DNA of 64,000 nucleotides. Source: Patescibacteria group bacterium. GTDB lineage: Bacteria > Patescibacteriota > Dojkabacteria > JAKAPS01. The first letter of the stretch is position 1. The number at the start of each line of letters is the position of its first letter. Location: the NCBI GenBank assembly GCA_025450075.1, contig JANWIC010000016.1, forward strand, positions 2,005 to 66,004. The letters are read 5' to 3'. A program made the position numbers and the translations under genes. The notes below the pieces were generated by a model. It was not told the origin of the DNA. It made no database searches and saw only the letters and a program-made list of their open reading frames with translations. This document shows positions 55,954 through 64,000 of this stretch, one piece after another.

Positions 55954-56945
55954 TAATTTGTACCGATAAAATCCTGCACAAACATTTTACCATGAATCCC
56001 TCCATCGATTACACCAACACCTATCTGCGAATAATGAGAATCAAGGATATTTGCCTTATGCTCAGGGCTATTCATAAAACCGGTATCTGCAGCATCAACA
56101 TCAGGCGCTTTTGCAATATTCTCTCCCATATAGGTAAAAAAGATATTGGTCTGCTTTACTCTGTCAAAAGGTGATTGTCCAGAGGGAGTAATATGTGAAA
56201 AGAATCCGTTTGCAAACATGTATTTTCCATAATCTCGTGCTACTTGTTGTAAAGTTGAATTCATAGTAAGTTTTGGAAGATGATTTTGAACTCTTTGCAT
56301 GTTCACAAAATTAAACATAGTTATTTCATCCTGCTGATCAATTGTAGTAGTGGTAAGTGTATATCCAAGATACAATAGTTTTTCTGTTGGGTTCGAGTTG
56401 TTTTGCAGTGAATTCGGGATAAGGGAAATCTGCTGAAGAGTGGAAGTCAAGGAGGTAGATAGTTCTCCCCCGAATTTTTCTTCTAAGGTTTGTGTTGCAT
56501 TGATGATTTTTCCTCCAAGAAATGAATGGATCATATCTGCATGTAAATTTGCCGGTAATGGGAAAATATAGAGAACAAAAAGAACAATACTGACAAGAAC
56601 TATCCCTTTAATCGCAGAACCTGCTACTCCAATAATCTTATTTGGAAGAGAATGAGAAATAAAGGGGGGAATGAGACGGATAATGAAAGGTGCAATCAGG
56701 TAATACAAAAACATGGAGATGGTCCAAGTTAAAGCAATCCCGATAGTATCCTGATATGCTTTGGGAATTGAATTTTGCGCATAATGCGCAACAATACCCG
56801 CCCCAAGATATGAATATTTTAATGCTAATAAATAAGACACAACATATCCGGCAAGTTCTACAATAATGGAGATAATTCCTTGGGAATAGCCGCGCAATGC
56901 ATAAAATGCAATGATTATAAATATCACTAGATCAATCCAATTCAT
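55953..56945 (-). CDS. CvpA family membrane domain fused to CAP (SCP) domain
   Basis: MNWIDL..GYSQG CvpA start; [24 protein letters not shown]. Confidence 0.9.
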   Translation of the reverse strand: MNWIDLVIFIIIAFYALRGYSQGIISIIVELAGYVVSYLLALKYSYLGAGIVAHYAQNSIPKAYQDTIGIALTWTISMFLYYLIAPFIIRLIPPFISHSLPNKIIGVAGSAIKGIVLVSIVLFVLYIFPLPANLHADMIHSFLGGKIINATQTLEEKFGGELSTSLTSTLQQISLIPNSLQNNSNPTEKLLYLGYTLTTTTIDQQDEITMFNFVNMQRVQNHLPKLTMNSTLQQVARDYGKYMFANGFFSHITPSGQSPFDRVKQTNIFFTYMGENIAKAPDVDAADTGFMNSPEHKANILDSHYSQIGVGVIDGGIHGKMFVQDFIGTN

Positions 56946-57071
56946 GCTGAAGAAGGTTAGCTCTTTCCTATCTTTTATACATCACTTTCATGTTTTACGC
57001 AACAAATCTGCATTTTGACAGATTAGATCTTTCCGATATATTATATGTCTAGAATACATTAGAAGAAGTAT

Positions 57072-58301
57072 ATGGAAGAAATTCAACAATCCCCAGTTGT
57101 GGAAGAACAACAAACTACCATGCATCGATCTACGCTTATCAAATATTTAGTACTTTTCTCAATTGCTTCAATTATACTATCTGCAATTATAGGAGGTATC
57201 ATAGGTGGAATAGCCGGGGGTGTTGTCGCAAAGTTCTTTCCGAATAACGGAACAGTACAAAACCAGCCGTTAAAAGTTGTAAATGAACAATCAGCTGTGA
57301 TTGATGCAGTGAAAAAAGCTAATCCTGCTGTTGTAAGTATTATCATTTCAAAAAACCTTCCAAGTACATATAACCCGCTTGACCCGTTCGGTTTTCTGAA
57401 TAATGGAGGAAGCGGTGGAACATCTCAACAAGAAGTTGGAGGAGGATCAGGATTTATCATCACTTCTGACGGTTTAATAGTGACGAATAAACATGTTGCA
57501 TCAGATACATCTAGCACATATACAGTTATTTTAACATCAGGAAAGCAATATAACGGGAAAATAGTTGCAACAGATCCTACTAATGATATTTCTATCATAA
57601 AAATAGAAGCTTCAAATCTTCCAACCGTAACACTTGCAAGTTCTACTTCTCTGCAATTGGGTGAAAGCGTCATTGCAATAGGTAATGCACTAGGACAATA
57701 TCAAAATACTGTTGATGTCGGGGTAGTATCTGGAATAAACAGAGTTGTAACTGCTTCTGACCCGACTGGAAATACAAATGAAACATTGCATAACGTCATC
57801 CAAACAGATGCACAGATAAATCCTGGCAATTCAGGTGGACCATTATTAAACCTTGAAGGACAAGTGATTGGCATAAATACTGCAGTTGCACAAAATGCCC
57901 AGGGAATTGGTTTTGCAATTCCAATAGATCAGGCAAAAGCTGATATTACGCAAGTGCAATCGACAGGAAAGATCATAAAGCCGGAATTAGGTGTCCGATA
58001 TATCCCAATAGATAATAACTATATCGCAGCACATCCGAATATACCATATACGTATGGAGCCATTGTTACAACCAATGATTCCTCTCCTGCAGTAGTATCC
58101 GGAAGTCCAGCTGATAAGGCAGGTATTGTATCAGGGGATATTATCCTTGAGGTAAACGGAGTAAAAATTGATGATACAAATTCACTTGCAAGTCTTATCC
58201 AAAGCCATAACGTTGGTGATACAATTACTCTAAAGATTTATCACAACAATGCTGAAAAAACAGTTAGTGTAAAACTGGACCAGGCATTTAGTAGCCAATA
58301 A
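57072..58301 (+). CDS. htrA: HtrA/DegP-family serine protease with one PDZ domain
   Basis: GSGFI, TNKHV, QTDAQINPGNSGGPL, GSPADKAG. Confidence 0.95.
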   Translation: MEEIQQSPVVEEQQTTMHRSTLIKYLVLFSIASIILSAIIGGIIGGIAGGVVAKFFPNNGTVQNQPLKVVNEQSAVIDAVKKANPAVVSIIISKNLPSTYNPLDPFGFLNNGGSGGTSQQEVGGGSGFIITSDGLIVTNKHVASDTSSTYTVILTSGKQYNGKIVATDPTNDISIIKIEASNLPTVTLASSTSLQLGESVIAIGNALGQYQNTVDVGVVSGINRVVTASDPTGNTNETLHNVIQTDAQINPGNSGGPLLNLEGQVIGINTAVAQNAQGIGFAIPIDQAKADITQVQSTGKIIKPELGVRYIPIDNNYIAAHPNIPYTYGAIVTTNDSSPAVVSGSPADKAGIVSGDIILEVNGVKIDDTNSLASLIQSHNVGDTITLKIYHNNAEKTVSVKLDQAFSSQ

Positions 58302-58998
58302 ATATTTCAGTCTTGATTTGCGATTCAGGAATAGAAAGAGCAGTTACTTCTTCTCTCATTCCCTGCACCATAGACATTGACCCTGAAATATAAAATAAAC
58401 TTGAGGAATAATCTGGTATGATTCTCTTCAAATCTTCTTTACCTACCCGTCCGGTTTTTCCTTTCCAGGTTGAATGGATACCGGTAATTGTTGGAATATA
58501 TTGAAAATTCGGGTTTTCTTTTTCCATATGAAGAAATTCTTCATGGAAAAGCATTTCTTCTTCATGAGAATATGATGCAATGAGAGTTATGGGAGTTTGT
58601 TTCTTTGCAAATGTTGCATCAAGAACCATACTTCGAAATGGTGTAATGCCTATTCCTCCGGAAAGAAACACATGATGTCCTTCATTTACCATTACAAATT
58701 TTCCTAACGGTCCGAATGCATTCAAAATGCTTCCCTCCTTTAACGTTGCTAATGCAAACTTATAACTGCTTTGCAAAATACGAGTTGTTATCATATAGGT
58801 ATCTTCCTGTGGTGCAGAACAAAGAGAGAAAAAACGATTTATCCCTCTTTCATCTACTCCTTCATGAGGATAAGTAATCCGGATAAATTGTCCTGCAGTA
58901 TATTCCATTTCTGTTTTTTGAAAGAAAAATGAATATGTAGTTGGATTACGGATAAGTCTTTTTATAAGTGTTAAAGTATGTTGCTGGGGAGGATTCAT
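58288..58998 (-). CDS. Ferredoxin-NADP+ reductase-like FAD/NAD(P)-binding oxidoreductase
   Basis: AGQF, RFFSLCS, GPLGKF, GGIGITPF, YISGS. Confidence 0.9.
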   Translation of the reverse strand: MNPPQQHTLTLIKRLIRNPTTYSFFFQKTEMEYTAGQFIRITYPHEGVDERGINRFFSLCSAPQEDTYMITTRILQSSYKFALATLKEGSILNAFGPLGKFVMVNEGHHVFLSGGIGITPFRSMVLDATFAKKQTPITLIASYSHEEEMLFHEEFLHMEKENPNFQYIPTITGIHSTWKGKTGRVGKEDLKRIIPDYSSSLFYISGSMSMVQGMREEVTALSIPESQIKTEIFIGY

Positions 58999-59065
58999 TG
59001 ACACGTGTAAATAATGTGCAATTATGATACCATACTTATATGCATGAAAAAAGGAGGTGAATGTT

Positions 59066-59257
59066 ATGTGTTATAACTGTGGATGCGGACTTCCTGATGA
59101 TCCAATGGGACAAGGAAGTGCAGGAAAAGATCCTGATGGAAAATCTATCACAACAGCAACTTTTGAAGCAGCAGCAGCATCACAAGGAATGAGTGTTGAA
59201 GAATCAATGCAAAATACTCTCAATTTGCTGCAAGCTGAACTTGCTAAAAAAGCATAA
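59066..59257 (+). CDS. Small Cys-rich protein (MCYNCGC...)
   Basis: Strong SD AAGGAGGTGA before ATG; CxxCxC N-terminus and helical C-terminus. Confidence 0.8.
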   Translation: MCYNCGCGLPDDPMGQGSAGKDPDGKSITTATFEAAAASQGMSVEESMQNTLNLLQAELAKKA

Positions 59258-59270
59258 AATATCAAGAAAG

Positions 59271-60140
59271 TTATATTTTTCTTTCTTGTTTCCTATCTAA
59301 ATGAATAGGTCTACTTTTTGGGCCTCGATAAATAAGGTATCGTGAAGTTTTGCCTTGTAATTCACCTGATTCAATTACATCTACCTTTTGAAATTTTAAT
59401 CTTCTTTCAATCTCATCAAGAATTTCATGCGGGTTTGGATATCTACTCATAAGTTCTTCTCTAAATCGAAGATAATCAGCAAAATATATACCATCATTCG
59501 TCAGCATTAATGCAATTTTAAAAATATCATGTTCCGGTATATTTGACCAAAAAATTGCTGCAAAATGTTCATGAATTATCGTCACATGTTGATAGGGATC
59601 AATATATGAACCGTTTGGAAGTTTTATTTTACCTCCTCTAAAATGAATATATTGAACCAGTTGTTGATATTTATTTAGAAAATCTTTTACTTCATCAGCA
59701 AGTTTTGAAAAAAATAATGAATCATGTATGTTTGGAATATATTCTAAATTAGCTACCACAAAAATTATTTTTCCTGCACGTATCTTCTGTTCATAATATG
59801 CTGCAAGTTTAACCCAACTTAAACCAATTAATCCACCAATGTCCATAATGATAAGAGGTTGATCACTATTTGTTCTACTTTCATCTTCTAAATACATATC
59901 TATTTGTGAAGCAAGGTCGCTTTCGAATCCATGGAGATAGTGTAAACTTTCTGTTCCCATATTTTGGAAATCTCCTTCTGCTGGACGATTCATGCTGAAA
60001 TATGAATAATCACCTTCGATAACCTTAAATCCTGGTCTATTATCTCCCAATGTCTTTTCGGCTATTTGTTGAACCCTGAGACGAATTGAAAAAGTAGATT
60101 GAGCCCTAGTTATTTGTTCTACAGGAATAAATTGCTCCAT
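59271..60140 (-). CDS. Orphan protein with divergent class I SAM-methyltransferase-like fold
   Basis: IMDIGGLIG (motif I-like), IIHEHFAAIFW, MLTNDGIYF (LKPGG-like); start uncertain. Confidence 0.5.
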   Translation of the reverse strand: MEQFIPVEQITRAQSTFSIRLRVQQIAEKTLGDNRPGFKVIEGDYSYFSMNRPAEGDFQNMGTESLHYLHGFESDLASQIDMYLEDESRTNSDQPLIIMDIGGLIGLSWVKLAAYYEQKIRAGKIIFVVANLEYIPNIHDSLFFSKLADEVKDFLNKYQQLVQYIHFRGGKIKLPNGSYIDPYQHVTIIHEHFAAIFWSNIPEHDIFKIALMLTNDGIYFADYLRFREELMSRYPNPHEILDEIERRLKFQKVDVIESGELQGKTSRYLIYRGPKSRPIHLDRKQERKI

Positions 60141-60188
60141 AGCAGCATTTAATGGCAATCATTATACCAAATATTGAGGAGGTTGTCT

Positions 60189-61046
60189 TTAAATGAATTC
60201 TTTATACAGCTCAGAAATATCTATATTTGATATATTCTGCTTCACTAATGGAAGAGGTTTGATTTGAGGTAAATCATCCTGATAAGTATCTTTGTTTTCT
60301 TCGTAAAAAAGTCCTAATGGAATTTTATCTCCCCATTCAATAGCTTTTTCATATGCTTTCGTACTGTCATGAGGAGTATAGTTGCCTTCTTCCAGCTTAT
60401 ATATCCTTTCTCTATACCATGGATAAGTATGGATATGGTTAAAACTGACACATGGTTGTAATACATTTACAAATGAAAAGCCTTCATGCTTTATGCCGTC
60501 AACAATAAGCTTGGTAGTATAGGTAGGATCCCCTGCAAAACCACGTGCAACATATGTGGCTCCTTGTGTTATTGCAGTTACAAGCGGGTTTAGACGGACT
60601 TCAATTACCCCTAATGGCGTTGATTTCGATTTGAATCCCTTATCAGATGTGGGAGCCGTTTGACCTGTTGTAAGACCATATACCTGATTGTCATGCAAAA
60701 TAACCGTAATATTTGGATTCCCTCTACATGCAGTAATAAAATGAGAAAGACCCTCTCCTAAGAGATCGCCGTCTCCTCCAACTACAATAACCGGTATTTC
60801 ATGGTTTGCAATTTTAATCGCTTCAGCAACGGGTATTGCACGGCCATGTAAGCCATGGAATCCGTATGCATTGATAAAGCTGCACATATTTCCTGAACAG
60901 CCGACTCCATACACCATCATGACATTATGTGGTTCAAAATCCATTGAGACTAAAGCATTTTTTATCGAAGCCCATATACCAAAATCCCCACATCCTGGAC
61001 ACCAGGTAGGAAAAATAGGTGATGTGAAATCATTTACGCTAACCAT
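60189..61046 (-). CDS. korB: 2-oxoacid:ferredoxin oxidoreductase beta subunit
   Basis: WCPGCGDF, LHGR, TPP motif GGDGD...NQVYGLTTGQ, QPCVSFN. Confidence 0.95.
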   Translation of the reverse strand: MVSVNDFTSPIFPTWCPGCGDFGIWASIKNALVSMDFEPHNVMMVYGVGCSGNMCSFINAYGFHGLHGRAIPVAEAIKIANHEIPVIVVGGDGDLLGEGLSHFITACRGNPNITVILHDNQVYGLTTGQTAPTSDKGFKSKSTPLGVIEVRLNPLVTAITQGATYVARGFAGDPTYTTKLIVDGIKHEGFSFVNVLQPCVSFNHIHTYPWYRERIYKLEEGNYTPHDSTKAYEKAIEWGDKIPLGLFYEENKDTYQDDLPQIKPLPLVKQNISNIDISELYKEFI

Positions 61047-62842
61047 TTTTTTAGTCCTTTCTGATTTTTAATTGCTCGTATTCGCTGTACTAATTCTTCA
61101 GGGAAGAATGGTCTTCCGTCGTATTTAAGAATTTTGTTCCCAATCTCATACCCGGTATACTCACTAATGAGGCTTCCAAGCTGTGCAGTCATGTTATTCT
61201 CAATAAGGATAGGGGTCTTGCATATTTCCAATAATTCATTCACTCGCTTTGCTGGGAACGGAGAGATATAGAGAATATGGAGAAGATTAACACTTACGTT
61301 TTCTCTCCGAAGAATTTCCATAGCTTCAAGTATCGGTCCCTTTGTTGATCCCCATGCAAAAATGGTAAAATCCGCTTTTGCGGGACCATACAATACTGGT
61401 TCAGGAAGCTCAGCACTTGCGGCAATAAATTTCTTAAATCTCTTATCCACCATATTGATACGCATTTCTGATTCTTCATTCGAAAAGCCATGTTCATCAT
61501 GTTCATCGCTATTTGCAAGGAAAATACCATTTTTCATACCCGGCAAGGTTCTAAGTGATACCCCATCTTTTGCTTGAAGGTCAAATCGTTTATATATTCC
61601 AATTGCCTGAAGTTGTTCAGGTGTTGCAATTTTCCCCCTCTGTATTTTTATATTCTTATCATCAAAAGGGTATGTACTTTTTGGACTTTCTGCCAAGAAT
61701 TTATCGGATAAGATAATGACCGGCAGTTGGTATGTCTCAGCTAGATTGTGGGCTTGTATAGTGACATAAAAGCACTCTTCAGTATCTCCCGGTGCAACGA
61801 CTATACGAGGAAATTCTCCCTGCGAGGCATGTAGAACAAATTTCAAATCTCCCTGGTCAGTCCAAGTTGGAAGTCCCGTTGCAGGTCCCGGTCTTTGTAC
61901 AACAACATACACCATCGGTGTTTCAGTAATTGCAGCAAGTCCCAGTGATTCAACCATTAATGAAAACCCTCCTCCTGCAGTGCCAGTCATAGCTCGAACT
62001 CCTGCGTAATATGCTCCGATTGCCATATTAGCTGCAGAAATTTCGTCTTCAGTATGTTTCACTACAATATTGTATTGCAATTGCTTTGATGCCATATACT
62101 GCAATAATGTAGAAGAAGGAGTCATAGGATATCCCGCGTAGAATTTTACACCTGCTTTAATGGCACCCATGCCAATGGCTTCATTTCCGCCTAATACCAT
62201 TTGCGTTTGAGAATGTTTTTCGTTTTTTTCCAATCTGTATGGATATGAGCTGTTATCAAAGTGCTCTTTAATATAGTCAAATCCTGCTTTAGCTGCCCTA
62301 ATATTTAAATCGATGACTTCCTGTCCTTTATCTGCAAATACTTCTTTAAACAATTCATCCAGGATTGTTAAATCATATGCAAGAATTGCCATACTTGCAC
62401 CCATTGCAACCGTATTTCTCATCAATCTATCTGCCCCTGAGTTTTTTGAAAGGATTGCTAAAGGAACTGGGCATAAAACAAGATCTTTTCTGGAAGAAGT
62501 TTCAGTTGCAATATCATTCTCATCAGGATCAAACATGATAAGAGCCTTTTCACTTAATTCAAAGAGATGTTTTGTGACACTTTCCTTATTGAGAGCAATC
62601 AAAAAATTTACTGTCTTGAATGGAGCATATACCTTTGAATCTCTGACCGTTAACTGGAACGTATTATGTCCTCCTCTGATAAGGGAAGGATATTCGGAAT
62701 AAGAATGGACAAATAATCCTCCTCTTGTGCATATCTTGGAAAAAAGTACTCCGGATACAGCTATACCAAATCCCGCCTCACCGGCGATTTTCCATGTCAT
62801 GTTATTGATTATGTTGGGCTTTTTTTTGCTGGACAGTTTCAT
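61034..62842 (-). CDS. korA: 2-oxoacid:ferredoxin oxidoreductase alpha subunit (gamma-alpha fusion)
   Basis: AGEAGFG, IRGGH, YAGYPMTPSS, EDEI, QRPGPATGLPT. Confidence 0.95.
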   Translation of the reverse strand: MKLSSKKKPNIINNMTWKIAGEAGFGIAVSGVLFSKICTRGGLFVHSYSEYPSLIRGGHNTFQLTVRDSKVYAPFKTVNFLIALNKESVTKHLFELSEKALIMFDPDENDIATETSSRKDLVLCPVPLAILSKNSGADRLMRNTVAMGASMAILAYDLTILDELFKEVFADKGQEVIDLNIRAAKAGFDYIKEHFDNSSYPYRLEKNEKHSQTQMVLGGNEAIGMGAIKAGVKFYAGYPMTPSSTLLQYMASKQLQYNIVVKHTEDEISAANMAIGAYYAGVRAMTGTAGGGFSLMVESLGLAAITETPMVYVVVQRPGPATGLPTWTDQGDLKFVLHASQGEFPRIVVAPGDTEECFYVTIQAHNLAETYQLPVIILSDKFLAESPKSTYPFDDKNIKIQRGKIATPEQLQAIGIYKRFDLQAKDGVSLRTLPGMKNGIFLANSDEHDEHGFSNEESEMRINMVDKRFKKFIAASAELPEPVLYGPAKADFTIFAWGSTKGPILEAMEILRRENVSVNLLHILYISPFPAKRVNELLEICKTPILIENNMTAQLGSLISEYTGYEIGNKILKYDGRPFFPEELVQRIRAIKNQKGLKKWLA

Positions 62843-62909
62843 ATGCGTTATGCTTCATTATATGCAAAATCTTCTTATCTTTGCAAATGATTTGCTATAT
62901 TTCCATTTG

Positions 62910-64000
62910 TTAGTGCACATTAATACTTGCACTAAACACTTCATCAAGGATTGCCTGTGCATCGCTTCCATTTACTGGTCTTGGTTGTGCGTAATCATAC
63001 AGAAGTGTTGGAATGAGTTCTGATGAAATGAGATTCTTCCCGTAGAATGTATGGCGAACAATATCATTCTGTCGTTTTTCCGGTACTTCCATCTGGTCGA
63101 AAAATAAATTACCTAATCCGAAGAACACCGTTTTATTATTATAGAACATGATGCCTTGAGGACGATGCGCTTGAGAACCTGTTACCACATCAGCTCCGGC
63201 ATCTATAGCCGCCTTACTAATAGTAACTTGTGAATCTGAAGCCTCAAGATTGTTCTCATTTTCCCATTGTACATCTACAAAAACTACATCTGCAATTTTT
63301 TTTGCATTCTGAATATCTTGTACCATGGTATTTACATCTAATTTTGCTGCTCCTGGAGTTGTTGGTGTAGCAAAAGCTGCAGCCGGTCCAGGTTCGTTAT
63401 ACCCCAGAAATGCAAATGTAATTCCACCAAGATCAAAAATGGCAGGGAATCTTGCAGCAGTAGCATTTACTCCTCCTCCAAAATGCTTAATCCCATTTGC
63501 ATCATAAATTTTTAATGAATCAAAATCAGCTTGTGTTCCCCAGTCATTATTATGGTTTCCTGTCAATTCTACCAAATTCACACCTGCATATTGCAGCGTT
63601 TTAATAAAATTTGGATAGGAACAGAATGTCAGAGTTCCAACCTGTTGGGTACAATCTGAGGAAAAAGAAACTTCGTTACTCACATGGACGATATCCCCTG
63701 TCTTCATGATTGGAGCGACATATTGTGCCGGGTACTGTGTCCCATATGTATTAATCCTGAAATATACTCCCCTTGCCATTGCAGTTGTTCCAGTCATAAT
63801 TATGGTATGGATATTTTTAGGATCATAATTTGTATAGCTATGTCCGATTATATATTTCATATCTTTTGCGGGTAATGCAGACTTTGTAAAAACTGCATAG
63901 GTTATGGCTAATGGATAATTATCAAGATTAAAATTTTTTTGAATTGGAGAATTTCCATCAATATATATCGATCTGTACCTATTTGTAAGAGAGGTAAAAT
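62910..64000 (-). CDS. CapA/poly-gamma-glutamate synthesis (metallophosphatase-fold) family protein, 5'-truncated by window
   Basis: GNHNND, GSQAHRPQ, FGLGNLFFDQ; frame stays open from 63860 to the window end. Confidence 0.85.
   Translation of the reverse strand, partial: FTSLTNRYRSIYIDGNSPIQKNFNLDNYPLAITYAVFTKSALPAKDMKYIIGHSYTNYDPKNIHTIIMTGTTAMARGVYFRINTYGTQYPAQYVAPIMKTGDIVHVSNEVSFSSDCTQQVGTLTFCSYPNFIKTLQYAGVNLVELTGNHNNDWGTQADFDSLKIYDANGIKHFGGGVNATAARFPAIFDLGGITFAFLGYNEPGPAAAFATPTTPGAAKLDVNTMVQDIQNAKKIADVVFVDVQWENENNLEASDSQVTISKAAIDAGADVVTGSQAHRPQGIMFYNNKTVFFGLGNLFFDQMEVPEKRQNDIVRHTFYGKNLISSELIPTLLYDYAQPRPVNGSDAQAILDEVFSASINVH

Overview
Low-GC, very compact bacterial chromosome segment whose gene content and protein style suggest Patescibacteria/CPR (Microgenomates/Dojkabacteria-like; inference, not computed). 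Housekeeping content: uvrA, uvrB, folD-ftsQ-ftsA-ftsZ, gatCAB-dnaE, rplU-methyltransferase-rpmA-rplS-rnhB, an F1Fo ATP synthase operon (atpBEFHAGDC), mraY, ccdA, nrdR-nrdA-nrdB with tandem NrdR boxes, yidD, htrA, korAB and four tRNAs (Asp, Gly, Thr, Val). Most notable: (1) an unlisted 56-aa LysW-like zinc-ribbon protein ending in EEK rather than EDWGE. It shares a 26-bp bidirectional promoter with a translationally coupled PLP enzyme / ATP-grasp ligase / NlpC-P60 hydrolase / mraY / mscS operon, a candidate new carrier-protein pathway linked to cell-wall synthesis. (2) A 910-920 aa RecB-type PD-(D/E)xK nuclease fused to a CHC2 zinc finger and DnaG-type Toprim primase. (3) A cytochrome P450 coupled to an O-antigen ligase. 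(4) A class Ic (Tyr->Phe) ribonucleotide reductase. (5) Apparently leaderless promoters and overlapping convergent gene ends, with single orphan genes placed at those junctions. No CRISPR array, rRNA, integrase or transposase was seen. All assignments come from motif reading by eye.
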